Shown here piece by piece: positions 24,170 to 38,355 of a stretch of 64,000 bases of DNA. The DNA lies in the NCBI RefSeq assembly GCF_006345805.1, contig NC_043013.1:49352001-49416000 (forward strand), read 5' to 3'. Within the stretch, counting starts at the first letter, position 1. Every line of letters begins with the position of its first letter. Below the pieces are notes generated by a model. It searched no databases. It worked only from the letters and a program-made list of their open reading frames with translations, and had not been told where the DNA came from. The translations under genes and the position numbers were made by a program. The DNA comes from Octopus sinensis (taxonomy: Eukaryota).

Positions 24170-26514
24170 CTGTAGAAAAATGGGAGAGGGAGATCAGTAT
24201 TAGACAAAGACAAAACGAAGTGCAACTACACAGGACACAAATGTTAGTAACTACATAAGAAACATACATCTGCAATAGACACCAGATGATTGGTCAGCAG
24301 CAGCAGCAGTACAGAATATGATGCAACATGATCAAGTGGGGTTTAAAAGATAAGCACAAGTAAATTAAAGTTGAAATAAAATAAGATGTTCTATGAAAAA
24401 TAACGGCCAGTGGTGTTCACATCAAGAAAGTATTTAAAACATGTTGATAGGAGGATAGAACAAAAACAAAAGCAACATAAGAATTTAGTAAGAAATTAAA
24501 TCAATTTAGCACTTGGAACGGGAATACCATCCGTGCTGAAGCTTGGAAAGTCAAACAAAACTTAAGAGCTTCTTGTGGGAAGTACAAATGATGTATAAAA
24601 ATAAACTGAAGAACAGTAATTTAGCTAAAGTCAAGATTTTAACACATAATATCTAAAATATTAAATGTAAGTACTAAATGACTTTTTATAATCATTACGG
24701 TAGAATAGTGAGATGTGAAGTCAATTTACTTTTTAATCAGTTATCTTAATTTCATTATGGTTCAAATATATGTACATGAATGTAAAATCGATGAATTTAT
24801 TTACATTACTTTCCACAAAAAAATTTTAAGTTTTGCAAGGTGTAACCATAAATATATGAAACACAGTGACCTGGAATGAATAGATGTGAAATGAAAAGGT
24901 AGCATAATCTAAGGTATGGTTAGGGTTAATAGCCATTTAACAGACAGCCAGCCATCTAGAGAGGGCCACATGCATTCAACTACCTTCCTGCTTCTTTTAT
25001 TAAGATGATTTTAATTGATATACAAGTAGCCCTGTCTTTGGCCAACTCTCTCAAAGAGCCATAAAAGCAATGTTAGAGTACCTACTATACCATGCTCTAG
25101 GCCAAATCTAGGAAAAAGTCAATTTTGCTGCCAAAAGCAACACCTTTTGATACTCTCTCAGCTTTAAAAGCCATTTGCCCTCCTTCTGCTTATATTTTAC
25201 TTCATTCAAAATTTTAATAGTATTGAAGAGGATGAAAAAAGTGATATAATATAGTTTTTTTTTTCCAAAAAAGTATAGCCAAATGAACTAAATAGTCTTC
25301 CGTTTTTTACAGAATTTTATTTCTTATAATTTGTATCTTATATAGATAGATATTTGTGACAAGTATACTACTAGGTAATGTATTATAGAGAGAATAAACA
25401 TTTTTAAAAATTAGAAGACTGATTTGGTAATAATTTTTAAGTGTAAGTATTGATTTTGTTTTAATTTGAAAGAGGATTCATTAAAATAATTTTCCATGCT
25501 TTTTCTGAAGGGAATTTAAAAGAAATTAAGAAATGATAATTGCCTATATTTTGCTTCTTTGAAAAATAAAGCAAAGTTTGAAAAAGCACATAACTATCAA
25601 TGAGATCCAACTTGTCAAAAAATACTATAACAACTGTTAATAAAAATTTTTCAAAATAATAAAAATATACTTTATCAAATGATTTATAGTTTGATACACA
25701 CACACATACACACACAAACACGCATGTATCTGTTGAAACAACAAAAATATTTCAATTTGTTTTTTTGTTTTTAGCATAAAAATTTATTTTAAGTAATGTA
25801 ATTATTGTAAAGCTTAACTGATAAATGAAGTGAAAATATGTTTCATAAATTCCTATTAACATAATAGACGTTTATTGTAGCCTCAGTATCACCAAGGGGT
25901 CATCACTGCCCAATAGTCACAAGCAAAACTTCTTCTATGCCACTCTGGAATAAGTACTACAGCACAGGACAAATGTTTGTTGACTCACCAGGAAGCATAG
26001 CTTGATGGTGCATACACCTACACAATGGGCAATCATTTTTCTTCAGTTTCTATTTGTTAAAAGTTTGCACTTGTACACACAAATGCACAACATCCTTCTG
26101 TATAGGATTGGGGTGGCGTTATTCTATCATTATGTGTTTCAATATAGCTGGGAGTAGTTTCAAAATAGCTGGGAGTAGTTCCTCCTCTCACAAATGTTGT
26201 GGCCACCTAAAATATTTGCTCAGACATCTCGTTGGGTGTGACATGCATGAAAAACACTAGGAGACAATATACACTGGAGTAAATCAAATCAGTGGCACTT
26301 TGATTTAGCAAACCCGGAAAGGTGGTGGGCAAAGTTGACTTTGATGGGATATGAACACAGAAAGTAGAACAAGTGAGAAATAAACAGGACAATTCAAATG
26401 CTTCTTTTATGCGAGCAGTAATACTTGAGTACATAAAATAAAATTACACAAAAACTGTACAATATTTTTAAAATTTCATACATAAATATATGCATTTTGA
26501 ATTTATGTGTATAT

Positions 26515-26660
26515 TAGGAAAGGCATCCAGTCATAGAAACCATGCCAAAACAGACAACAGAACTTGGCATAACCTTCTGGGCTTGCTAGCTCTTGTCAAA
26601 CCATCCAACCCATGCCAGATGGAAAGCAGACGTTAAATGATGATGATGATGATGATAATG
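26515..26660 (+). mobile_element. 3' fragment of repeat family C
   Basis: ttaggaaaggcatccag...gacgttaaatgatgatgat. Confidence 0.65.
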
Positions 26661-26913
26661 CTGTATATATACAAACACACACACATACACATACATGCAT
26701 ACATACATATATCAATACATATATGTACGTAAGGTTTCAAACACCTGAGTTGTACATCTCCTAAATGCCCATGGAACATTAAGTCTTGTGGAGCTGAGTC
26801 AAATTTGCTTCCACCCTTATAATGTAGGATTATAATCTAGGCCTGGGCTGACTAAAGCTCAGAGAGTGGATTTGGTAGACAGTAACTATCTACACACACA
26901 CACACACGCACAC

Positions 26914-26994
<81 letters not shown>

Positions 26995-27150
26995 CATAGA
27001 TAGATAGATAGATGGATGGATGGATGGATGGATGATGGATGGATGGATGGATGGATGGATAGATAGATAGATAGATAGATAGAGATAAATAGATAGATGG
27101 ATAGATAGATAAATAGATAGATAGATAGATAGATAGATAAATAGATAGAC
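26914..27150. repeat. (AGAT)n/(GGAT)n tetranucleotide microsatellite
   Basis: Directly visible. Confidence 0.95.
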
Positions 27151-27549
27151 AGTATGTGTCTGGTGGTGTGAACCCTTGTCATGGCATTACATGATAGATG
27201 TAAATGAGCCTCATCATCACCATAAAAACAATGTTTCCATTTCCAGTCTTCTGTGGAAGACTGGAAATGGGAAACAATACCTAGTGGAAAACAGATGAGG
27301 ACCGGCAACAGAAAGGGCATCTGGTCATATGAAATCTGCCAGAACAAATTCTGTTTAACCCATGGCAAAGTGGATGTTAAATGAAAATGGTGATCATATC
27401 ATCAAACTGTCCAAACCATGGTGGTATGGTTGGGCAGTTTGACAGGACCCGGTGGATCAGAAGAAGGCGTCATACTTCACTGTCTACTCTGGTATAGTTT
27501 CTATGCTCATTTTAATGCCAGCCACTTTACAAAGTATACTTGATGCTTT

Positions 27550-27785
27550 TTCTTATTTCTTTACTGCCCACAGGGGGCTAAACACAGGGGACAAACAAGG
27601 ACAGGCAAAGGGATTAAGTCGATTACATCGACCCCAGTGCGTAACTGGTACTTAATTTATCGACCCCGAAAGGATGAAAGGCAAAGTTGACCTTGGCGGA
27701 ATTTGAACTCAGAACGTAAAGACAGACGAAAAACTGCTAAGTAGTTTGCCCGGCGTGCTAACGTTTCTGCCAGCTCACCGCCTTT
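27550..27785 (-). mobile_element. Full-length SINE family B
   Basis: Head ggcggtgagctggcagaaacgttagc, B box gagttcaaattcc, Meta/MESC-like core. Confidence 0.88.
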
Positions 27786-27799
27786 TCTTGTGGCACCAA

Positions 27800-28730
27800 T
27801 ATTAGTGAAGCCACAAGACTAGGGTCCACATTAATTAAGTGGGATTACAGTGGAAAGGGAGGTAGCTTTATATTAGGTGATGAAAGGTTAAAGTATGAAG
27901 CAATGCAACAGAACAGGTTTCTCGCTGCTGAAGAAATACACGGCTGCTGACATTATACAACAGTGAGTGGGAGTGATTGATTTGGAACAGGAAAGAGAAA
28001 TATAAATGATGCCAGGAGGTGGGGGGGAGACACCAAGGGAGGAGAAAAGGGATGCAGGCTGGACAGAAGTGGTAAAAGTGTGAGGAAAAAGGGAAGTAGG
28101 AAAGGATGGTAAGAAATAGAGGAGGGTGTGAATATACTGAATGAGGAACAAAGGACAAGGTGGGGGGAATTTCTATGAGTTGAAGGGAAGAAAGGGGAAA
28201 GTAAATGATGACTAGAGATCGAAAAACGTATTGGGGTGGATGTAGTGAATGCTGGAGGAGTAATCAATGATGCATATAAGTTGGGGGGTAGGTGCAGATT
28301 GGCAGTGCAGGAGAGTGAAGAGTATCAGGATAGAGAGAAATATATGATATGTGGATGGGTCGGTTGCAAGAATGTGAATAGAGAGAAAGACTTAGTGCAT
28401 GGGTAGAGAGAGAAATGTAATGATAAAGGTAAATTAACAGGGAATGGTTCAGTAGAGAGGAAGAGAGAGAGAGGATAGCTAGCATATAAGAGTGGAGTGA
28501 TCAATGTAAAAAGTGAATGGAGAGGGACAAAGTAAGGATGAGGGATGGAAGTCCATTGGAATGGTCCCAGGTAGTGAGATAGATAACTGATATCACGGAA
28601 AGAAATGATAAGATATGTAGTTCTGCCCTCATTTGATCATGGAAATGAAACACTACAGTCGGCAGGTGATGGAGAGATCAGTAATAGAGAATAAGAATGT
28701 AGAAGGAAGATTTAATGAGAAAATTAGGTG
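27800..28730. repeat. Unclassified purine-rich interspersed repeat, related to 43370-44350
   Basis: Shared segments such as aacagaacaggtttctcgctgctga versus aacagaataggtttcttgctgatga, and ggggtggatgtagtgaatg. Confidence 0.45.
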
Positions 28731-28789
28731 AGAGGCCCATTTGTAAATATATAGAGACCATGCTTGCAGAACCTCAGATTCAGCAAGAT

Positions 28790-30050
28790 GGGTGTCATCT
28801 AGAGTGACACATTGCCAAACATTCTGGTCTTTTGATATCTCCTTCATGAGAGTCTTAAATCAGCCCTCACTACTTCTTCCCTTGTCTGCCTCTCTCTCTC
28901 TGGGTCTTCCTCTTCCACAAGTTCCATCAATATTTAGCAATTAGCACTTCTTTATACAACTGTTCTCATTCATATGCATTGCAGGACCATATCAATGCAG
29001 TCCTCTCTCTTGCACACTACAACTGATTCCTCTAACATGCTAGTTTCATTTCTTTGTAAAGATATATCCTCTGTATTCATAGCCCATGTTGCAATACCTT
29101 GTAGCATTGCTCTTCATACACATGCATCATACAATCTGCCTTTCACTCTGAGAAAGAAAATCCTTGTTGTCAACACAGGAAACATTTCTCTGAACTTCCT
29201 CCGGCTTTTTCTTATCCTAGCAACTATTTTATAAAAACTTTCACCAAAGCTACTTAGGGCACCAAGGTAACAAAAGCTATCTACTACCTCTTGGGATTCT
29301 CTTGGGCATTCAAGAAAATCTATTTCCTGTGCATTCTTAATGTTTATTGCTCCTGTGCATCCACCATAAAGGTTAAATGTAAACTTTGTGTCTTAAAGCC
29401 TGGAGGATTATGATGAATAGGAGACAGAGAACTAAGCTTAGACTACCTGCATATTATATTCATGGCTATACTTATTGACACTTATCTTATTGACAGCATG
29501 GCACAAACAAGCCATTCATCCACCCCCTAACCTTCTCAGTAACACTAGATTATACAATAAGGGATTCTATCAAAGCTTTTCTCCAGGATGAGTACAGCAG
29601 CTTACTTTAGCCAAGTACTTTTCCTGCAGTTGCTTTACCAGGAAAAGGCATCAGCAATACATTCCCCTCATGTAACTCTTTCTCTAATTAATTGAGCTAT
29701 GACTTCTCAATATCTTTCATAACCTAGTCCAGCAATTTAATGCTTATTGTAAGTCCCTTTCTCTAAGGTATATCCTTTATTCTTGTAACAGTTAGCTATA
29801 ATGTAAGTCATTGGATATGACACTTTCCTGCACAACCTGATCGACAAGATGGGTAATTAGACTGTATCCTACACCACCAGATATTTTAAGCATTTGGTAG
29901 TAATTACTGGTAATACAGGGGTTATTTCTGCGTTTGAACCTCAATTGTTTTATCTATCACCCTGCTGTCAACAAGAATGACTGGTTTCTCAGCTGCATCC
30001 ACGCTGGGAAGACCTTCTTCCTTCAACACATTCTTCACATTTAATAACGG
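28790..30050 (-). mobile_element. Degenerate RTE-clade LINE (RT and 3' region)
   Basis: Fragments such as RLYDACV and EISKDQNVWQCVTL resemble RTE ORF C-termini. Related to 54100-55995. Multiple stops. Confidence 0.6.
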
Positions 30051-30062
30051 AAATTGTAGCTG

Positions 30063-30350
30063 TGATACCAGTGCCGGTGGCACATAAGAGAACCATCCGA
30101 ATGTGGCTGTTGCCAGCACTGCTCCGACTGGCCTCCATGCCGGTGGCACATAAAAAGCACCATCTCATCGTAGCCGTTGCCAGCCTCGTCTGGCACGTAA
30201 AAAGCACCCACTACACTCACGGAGTGGTTGGCGTTAGGAAGGGCATCCAGCCGTAGAAGCACTGCCAGATCAGACTGGGCCTGGTGCAGCCTTCTGGCTT
30301 CCCAAACCCCAGTTGAACCGTCCAACCCATGCTGATAATGATGATGATGA
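30063..30350 (+). mobile_element. Repeat family C copy
   Basis: Homologous to 568-990. Confidence 0.75.
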
Positions 30351-31929
30351 TGGGAACCACTTTCATGTCTCTTTCTTTTCAGAATTACTAAGAGCAAATG
30401 TACCATTATCTGTATGGACTTCTGCTCCACATCTCAGTTCTCTCTCATACACTGTCTTGCAATTCAGAACACCTCATGCTTCTGCTCTTCACACTGTATA
30501 ACTTGTATAACTTTGATAAATCTCCTTTCTGCTTCTTCCTTTGCTAAATAACACTATCGCCTAGCTTCTCTTCCAGCTATCTAGTATAATTTCCTGCTAC
30601 CCCCATTCTTCCAATTTTTCCAAGCCTGTCTCTCCCCTGTTCTACCACCTATATATCATCCTTGGAACCACAGATTTGGTCTGTCATTCTCCATGGGTTG
30701 TCCTGTTCTACTCCCAATTGTCATTTATGATACACATCTGAATTACCTCCAAGTAAATTGTTTCAGTTAGAACTCTTCTAAACTTCTAATTGTCCAATGA
30801 ATATTTAACCTTCCATATCTTCCTCTCCTGACTCGTTTGTGTCTTTGAATCCTTCTAGTTCTAAGTCACGGACCACTAACCTTCATAGGATTGCACCTTC
30901 AACGTGGACGAACATTGCATTTACAATTTTCTGCGGAGAATGAAGTGCATTTGGCTTTTTGGTGCTCACCAGATTAGTAGGTAATCAAGTGACCGGCTCA
31001 TTCTTGAAGTTCATGTTGCAGATCATTAAGTCATTTATTTATGATCAATAACACTAATATGTGTGTGTTTGCGTGTGTGTGTTTGTGTGTGTGTGTTTGC
31101 ATGCGTGAGTGTGTGTGTGCATGTGCATGTGTGCGCATGTGTAGATGTACATATTGATGCTTGCATGTTTATTTCTATATCTAAATTATTAAGCAACAAA
31201 TATGCTTAAAGAAAAATAACACAAAAACAAACAAAATATATTTTAATAATCTGTCTTCAAATATTTGCATATTTTAATACTTTCCTTTAGAAAATGAAAA
31301 TGTAAATTTCAGATGGAAAAAGGAAATTGAAGGCATGGATCAGAGGCATATTTTGTTTTGAGTGACTAATTCAATTTCAATGCACGAGTTAGCTACCTTA
31401 AAACATTGAATATATATATACAAAAGTATAATTATTTTTTTTTAAATTACAACCTATTTAAAAATATTTCCTACTACATATGAATTAAAGTTACTAATTA
31501 ATCTATCACCAAAGTAAGTACCAAATACACAAATGTGATGGTCTTTCATAAATGCTTTATATCCATATCTTAGTTTAAATACTTGATTTAAATGTACCAA
31601 ATTATTTCTTCATTATTTCTTCTCATACTGTTTCATCTTAATAAGATTTGTGTATCTGTTTGTGTATTTGTATTTAAATTCATATATACATACACACACA
31701 CACATATATTTATATACATATGTGTGTATATAAATACATATATATATAAAGAGAGAGAGAGAGAGGGAGATAGACAGACAGATAAACATTTACTTTTATA
31801 ACATTTACTTTTAAAATATATCAATGTTTACCATAGAACAAAATTTAGAAAATTGGACAAAACAGAGAACCCAATTGAAAAAAAATAAAAAGTAAAAAGA
31901 AAAAAAAGAGAAAAAAACCAAAACTATTC

Positions 31930-32930
31930 ACCACCTTGTGTTGAAAAGTTGGGGACACTGGGAAACCTCTCTAATGGTTATTGAGGTATGCCAGCATGCT
32001 GACAGCATTGCCATAGGTGATGACGAGGCTGATGTGCTGGAACAGCCATGTGCCTTCACGAGCTTCATCAGTCACCTCTGCAAGGTGAATTGCCAGTGAA
32101 GACAGGAATCTCGCAGTTAGTGATCAGAGCCCACCAAACGTCTCAAGCGCCACAGGATGGAAAATGTAGTTGGCTGACAGATTGCGGTATTTCAGGATTT
32201 TGAGATCTCACCCTGACCGCAGTGTCCAAGATGTAAGAAGAAGCAAAGGAGTCGCTAACTGTGACATCCCAGACAAGGCATCTGCCTTCCGATGAGGGGC
32301 ACAAAGTGAGGCCATCAGGTCTCTTCCCATCGCATTTGGATAATCCAGATGGTTCCAAGATGGAGGGGATGTTTGCTCAAGCCAAGCTCCTCATGAGTAT
32401 CAGGTTCAACTCCGTATGATGTGTGAAGCAACCAACATTCAGGTGGCAAGAAAGGCCATGAAGGCCTGTGGAGTCGAGGAGCCTGCCACAATGACAGATC
32501 AAATCAGTGCATACATCAGCTCCCACTCTGAGGGCAATGGAGACACGAAGTTCATCCAAGCTGAATAGGCCACCAACATTAGCAAAGGGATGGCATCAAT
32601 CCAGTCACCTGAGTAGTTGGCGCTAACAGATAGTAGGCGGCACATTGAAAGCTGGTCCGACTGGATGAGGAGGGAGTCGAAGGTGGCCTTCGAAATTATG
32701 TTGTCCCAAGCTTTCTGACTCTGAAAGTCCTCGACCTTCTCAGGAGCAGACAAACCCAATTCCCTCCAGTGTTGGAGAGCTTCATCCAACTCCCAGTTGG
32801 AACTGGTCCATATTAGAGAGGAGAGGATGCTGCTCACTAGGGTGGAGCAGGTGTGGCTGGAGGAAAGGAAGCAGTGGAGGGAGAGGGATGGACCCTTATG
32901 AAGACCAAGACCTCCAAATCAGTGCATCTT
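31930..32930 (-). mobile_element. CRE-clade-like non-LTR retrotransposon 3' fragment (zinc knuckle plus restriction-like endonuclease), frameshifted
   Basis: CHCGRLLDSTGLHGLSC followed by EPSGLSKCDGKRPDGLTL...CLVWDVTVSD. Confidence 0.75.
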
Positions 32931-34721
32931 GATCACGGGATATAGGAGAGAGTCTGACATTGACTATGCATTCATGTAATTCAAAGATTAGGTTGTTGAA
33001 GCTTGGAGGCACTAAAAGATCACTTAATACTTTTCAGTATAATACAATATTCATTTACTTCAACATGAAAGAGACTATATCTATCTATAATCTATCTATA
33101 ACATAATGGAGAAAGTTGCTTGTTAATTATCTATAATATAATGGAGAAAGTAATTATTAAAGCCTTGACCGTCTGGAAATTTTTTTAATACAATTCATGT
33201 TCCAAGAAATTTCCTGTAATTTCAATTTCTGAAGTTTATTGAATATTTGAACAAGAAGTTTTCCTCTAATTTAAATATTCATTGCATTCACTGCAGAGTA
33301 GATTTCATAAACAATATTAACTCGTTGCAGGCGAAATTTTCCATTTTCATTTGCAACAGTCTCTCACTCTCTCTCTCTCGCCTCTATTTTCATTAATGAT
33401 AATTTCATATATATATTCATTTCAATTCTATTCTATATATGTTATGTAAAAAATTATTTATTGAATGAATGAATGCTATTAGACAAAATAGCTGTATAAC
33501 TTTGGGGCTTCCATGATATAGTATACTAGTATAATTTTTTTTTTTAAATTAAGAAGTGATTTTGTTGGCATGGTTATTTGGAAAACTGTAAACATACATA
33601 CAGGCAAACACATGCACATATGTGATTGTATATACCATATATACTCGAATAATAGTTGATCTCATATAAAAGTCGACACCCTGTTTTAGGCCCAAAAATT
33701 GGGAATTTTCCATAGATCCCATATGAAAGTCGACCCTAGTATTTCACGAACAATAGGACAACATTTGTGGGTCAAGGTACCATATTATCCTGTACGTAGA
33801 AATAAAACTGTTACAAAATTGTGTGGCTACCTTACTGTAGCCTGCTCTACAGGTGGAATGCTTGGTGCTTATAATGGAATGCTTGGTGCTTATAGTAAAA
33901 CACCATTTAGTAGCGAGCACTACACACCTGTTGATGAGTGCTACATCACCATTACTAAAATGTATGCACAGGGTATGCTGCAAGCCTGCATACATCCTCA
34001 AGCACAATAAACACGTGTCATACACTTGTTGTCTACATGGTGAGAAACGTGCTTCACAGAGAGTATTATTGGCGAACACTTGCAAATGCCACTGTCTAAA
34101 TTCATACAAAGGTTAATTATTTGACCAATCAGTCAGTCACCTGATTTGTCAGAGTCTTTGTCACATGTGACCTAATCAATTAACACACACTCATTACTCC
34201 AGGTTGGAGTTGCTGGACTCCAAACTTTTATTAGTGGATTTCTACTATTTGGAAAGTGTATGTGAGTAAGAGTGTGTATTTGATTGGTGGGAAGTGCGAT
34301 GTGCAGGGCAGTTGGTGAACGTGTGAATTACAGGTATTTGATATTTTAATGGTTATTGTCTTTGTAATTAGACACTGTGTGTGTGTGTCTGTGTGTGTGT
34401 GTCTGTGTGTGTGTGCAAATATGTATGTGTGTGTATGCCTGCATGTTTATATGTGCACACACGCACACAAGCCTTCTTGTTCCTTACTTTTTGTATTGTT
34501 ATATATATACACACACCCATATCATCCATTTTTTTTGGTGATGCATATACACATGCTGCTGATGTCTACACACTCACTCAACACGATGCATCACTACAAC
34601 AGATACAAGTCATAAATTTAAATTTAAAAAAGTAAACAAATATAGAAGAAATTACACGGACCCACAACATGAACACACAGATCTAAAATTTCACCATCAA
34701 ATATAGGGACATGTGCATGAA

Positions 34722-34753
<32 letters not shown>

Positions 34754-34917
34754 AGTGGGTGAATGGTAGTATGTATGGGTGAATGGTAGCATATATATGT
34801 ATTCATACATTTAGCATAACAGAGACATGGCAATCTTAATTTAATGTTCTTTCAGTTGTGTTCAATTAGGATAAAGATATACACATATACTAGAAGTATA
34901 TGTGTATATATATATAT

Positions 34918-35050
34918 TGCCTTTCATCCTTTCGGGGTCGATAAATTAAGTACCAGTTACGCACTGGGGTCAATATAAACGACTTAATCCGTTTGTCTGT
35001 CCTTGTTTATCCCCTCTGTGTTTAGCCCCTTGTGGGTAGTAAAGAAATAA
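34918..35050 (+). mobile_element. 3' part of SINE family B
   Basis: gcctttcatcctttcggggtcgataaattaagtaccag...gtaaagaaata. Confidence 0.85.
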
Positions 35051-35319
35051 ATATATATATATATAAATGGAGTTAAACGCAGGTGTTATTCAATTTCTTT
35101 TACTTCCAACACGTGTTTCGAAGATATCACTGGTATTATTCCAAAGGAATAAAATGATGTAAAACAATGTAATCTTTTCTACCTTTAAAAACAAGGTTAC
35201 GCCCCTTTTACTTGTGTGATTTTTTGCTACCCTGGTAAATATTTATCTATTTTTTCCATGTTAATTGTTAACAAGGGAAAAATACACACATTTATTTGTA
35301 TTTGTAAACAGTGACATGA

Positions 35320-35750
35320 ATTATGAGTGGCCAAACCGATTTGCATAGACAGAAGAGTAACAATCTATGAGCCTGCTACACAACTGGACAGTGGTCATAA
35401 TGCATAAGAAAAGATTGTGGTAAACTCTGGATATTGGAGAGTGTGTGCAGAGAGGGTAACCCATTTGAAGACAAGAAGGATGGAAGCCTGATCTGAACTC
35501 CTGGAAGTGCTTCAAGCCAAAGAAAACATTTTTTCCTATCTGATGAGAGTGGGTGGTGAAATGTGGGCATATCTTTACAATCCAGAAACAAAGACTCAAT
35601 CCATTGGTGGGGGTCACACAACTTTTCCGTGGACTAAGAAGTTCAAGAGTCAGCAACTAGCACAAAAAATCATTGTGACTGAGGGGCTTTTTTGGGTGGG
35701 GGGTGAGGAGTGACTAGGATATCAATTTCCAGCACAGAGGATGGACATTA
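35320..35750 (+). mobile_element. Degenerate mariner transposase fragment
   Basis: DRRVTIYE, GYWRVCAERVTH (WVP motif) and GGEMWAYLYNPETKTQS (TGDExW motif). Confidence 0.7.
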
Positions 35751-35889
35751 AAAGATGAATAAGATGATGTTGATGATAAAGATGATATATATCAAATTCA
35801 CTTGCAAGACATTAGATGTATGTATGTATGTATGTATGTACGTATGTATGTGTGTATGTATGCTTGTAGGCATGTATGTATACGTGTAA

Positions 35890-35950
<61 letters not shown>

Positions 35951-35999
35951 TATAATTACACACACACACACACACATGCATATAGAAAGATACAATTAT

Positions 36000-36334
36000 G
36001 GAGACTCACATATAGAACTTCAAGTTTCTATGTCAACGATATGCTCATCACTGAACTTTTTCAGCTATCGATTAAAAGCACAAAAACCCCTACACCACAC
36101 GTGGAAAGAAAAATCCCCTCCGGGCATTACAAGAACAACAACTAATTTTTTGTTTAATAGTCACTACTTCGTGAAAACCCTATTATGTGTAGGTTGAAAT
36201 AATTATAAAGTGATAATTAAAGGAAATGAATATAGTAAGTAAATGAATAAATATATAAATAATGAAAAAAAATCACACGGCTTCTTAGGAATAAAACATG
36301 AGAAGATGGGATATTGAGGTTAAAATAAGCTAAC

Positions 36335-36375
<41 letters not shown>

Positions 36376-37264
36376 AAGGGAGAGAGAGAGGGGAGGGGAG
36401 GGAGAGAGAGGGGAGGGGAGGGAGAGAGAGGGGGAGAGAGAGAGGGAGAGAGAGAGAGGCCTTTCCAAGAAACCTTATGAAAACTTTTTTTAAATATGAA
36501 AAATTGACACTGGCAGTTGAAAATTTGAAAGTTTAAATTAAAAGTAATAGGATATTGAAAACTTTCAAAATTATGAAAGGAAAATCAAATAAAATTAAAA
36601 TTGAAATAAAAATTGAGAATAAAAAAGTTAAAAAGCAAAATTGAATTTTTTTTTAAGTGTTAAGTAATTAAAAATTAGACATTAAAATTAAATTAAAATT
36701 AAATCAAAAATTTCCTTGGAAAAGTAAATTGTAACAATTTTTTTTTTTAATTTGAAATTAAAATATTTTTAACTTATGTCAAGAAATATTTTTAAATTTA
36801 AGAATTCAGGAACTATTTTTATCTAAGCAAAACATAAACATTTTTTAATTGTTTAATATCTATTTATCTTTAATGTTCAATTTCTTGATTTTTATTTTTT
36901 TAATTGTAAATTGCTATTTTATTGGGGTCACTAGTGTTGGACAGCATAAATTAAGTTTTAAACTTTTAATTTTTCAATTTTAGGATTTTTTTAATCTTTC
37001 AATTTTTATCTGTTAACTTTTTTAATTGTTTAATAGTATTTTTTGCTTATTTTTCAATTTTACTTTTAATCCAATTTAAAATTTTCAATTTTGATTTTAA
37101 ATTTTTATTCTCAATTTTCATTTCAATTTTGATTTATTTACATTTCCCTTCATAAGTTTACTTTTAGTTTGAATTTTTTAAATTTCAATTTCCAGTTGTA
37201 AATTTTAGTGTCAACTTTTTATATTTTTCATTTTAAGCCTTTAACCTATGAGGTTTCTTGAAAG

Positions 37265-37310
<46 letters not shown>

Positions 37311-37413
37311 GTATGTGTGTATATGTATGTATATATATATATATATATATACATATCTATATACACATACATACATATATATATATATATATATGCATAT
37401 ATACGTATGTATG

Positions 37414-37445
<32 letters not shown>

Positions 37446-37549
37446 TTGTATATATATATTACATATATATGTATATATATATACATATATATGTATATAT
37501 ATACATATATATGTATATATATATCATATATATGTATAATATATACATA

Positions 37550-37589
<40 letters not shown>

Positions 37590-37867
37590 CATATATATAC
37601 ATATATACATACATATATATACATATATACTATATACATATATATATAACATATATACATATATACATACATATATATACATATATACATATATATATAT
37701 ATACATATATATACATATATACATATATATATATACATACATATATACATATATATATATACATACATATATATATACATACATATATATATATATATAT
37801 ATACATATATACATATATATATACATACATATACATATATATATATATACATATATACATATATATA

Positions 37868-37907
<40 letters not shown>

Positions 37908-38285
37908 TCTATATATATATATATTAGCTTCCAAGGTTCATGATACTATTTTAACATCAGTATCCTATTTTTCAAAGTTTCATTTGCAAGAAGCTGTGAT
38001 CTATTCTTCATTCATTTACATATTTATATCATTTAATTTATTCCTTCATAAATATTTCAACCAACAGATAATGGGGTTTTAGACATGTTCAGGCAATCAA
38101 GCCAAGAAGTTTTTCCTTTGTAAAATCTAATGCCCAAAGGGGATGTTTTCTTTCCATGGGCAGTGCAGATTTATTCATGCTTGTAATTGATGATGATAAG
38201 CGCACCAGGATTATGACAGCTGAAGAGGTGTGGTGATGATCATATTGTTGACATAGAAACTTGAAGTTCTGTAAGTGAGTCTCTA
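36000..38285. repeat. ~2.3 kb degenerate fold-back (inverted repeat) element
   Basis: 36000-36335 is the reverse complement of 37925-38285 (gagactcac...agaacttcaagtttctatgtcaac). 36460-36650 is the reverse complement of ~37080-37265. Confidence 0.75.
37268..37923. repeat. Long compound (GT)n/(TA)n/(TACA)n microsatellite
   Basis: Directly visible. Confidence 0.95.
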
Positions 38286-38295
38286 GCAATACACA

Positions 38296-38355
<60 letters not shown>

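Noticed and set aside
33635-34120. Overlapping 87-121 aa ORFs after a Tc2/pogo-like terminal sequence
   Set aside because: No protein motif and no matching second TIR found; likely DNA transposon debris.
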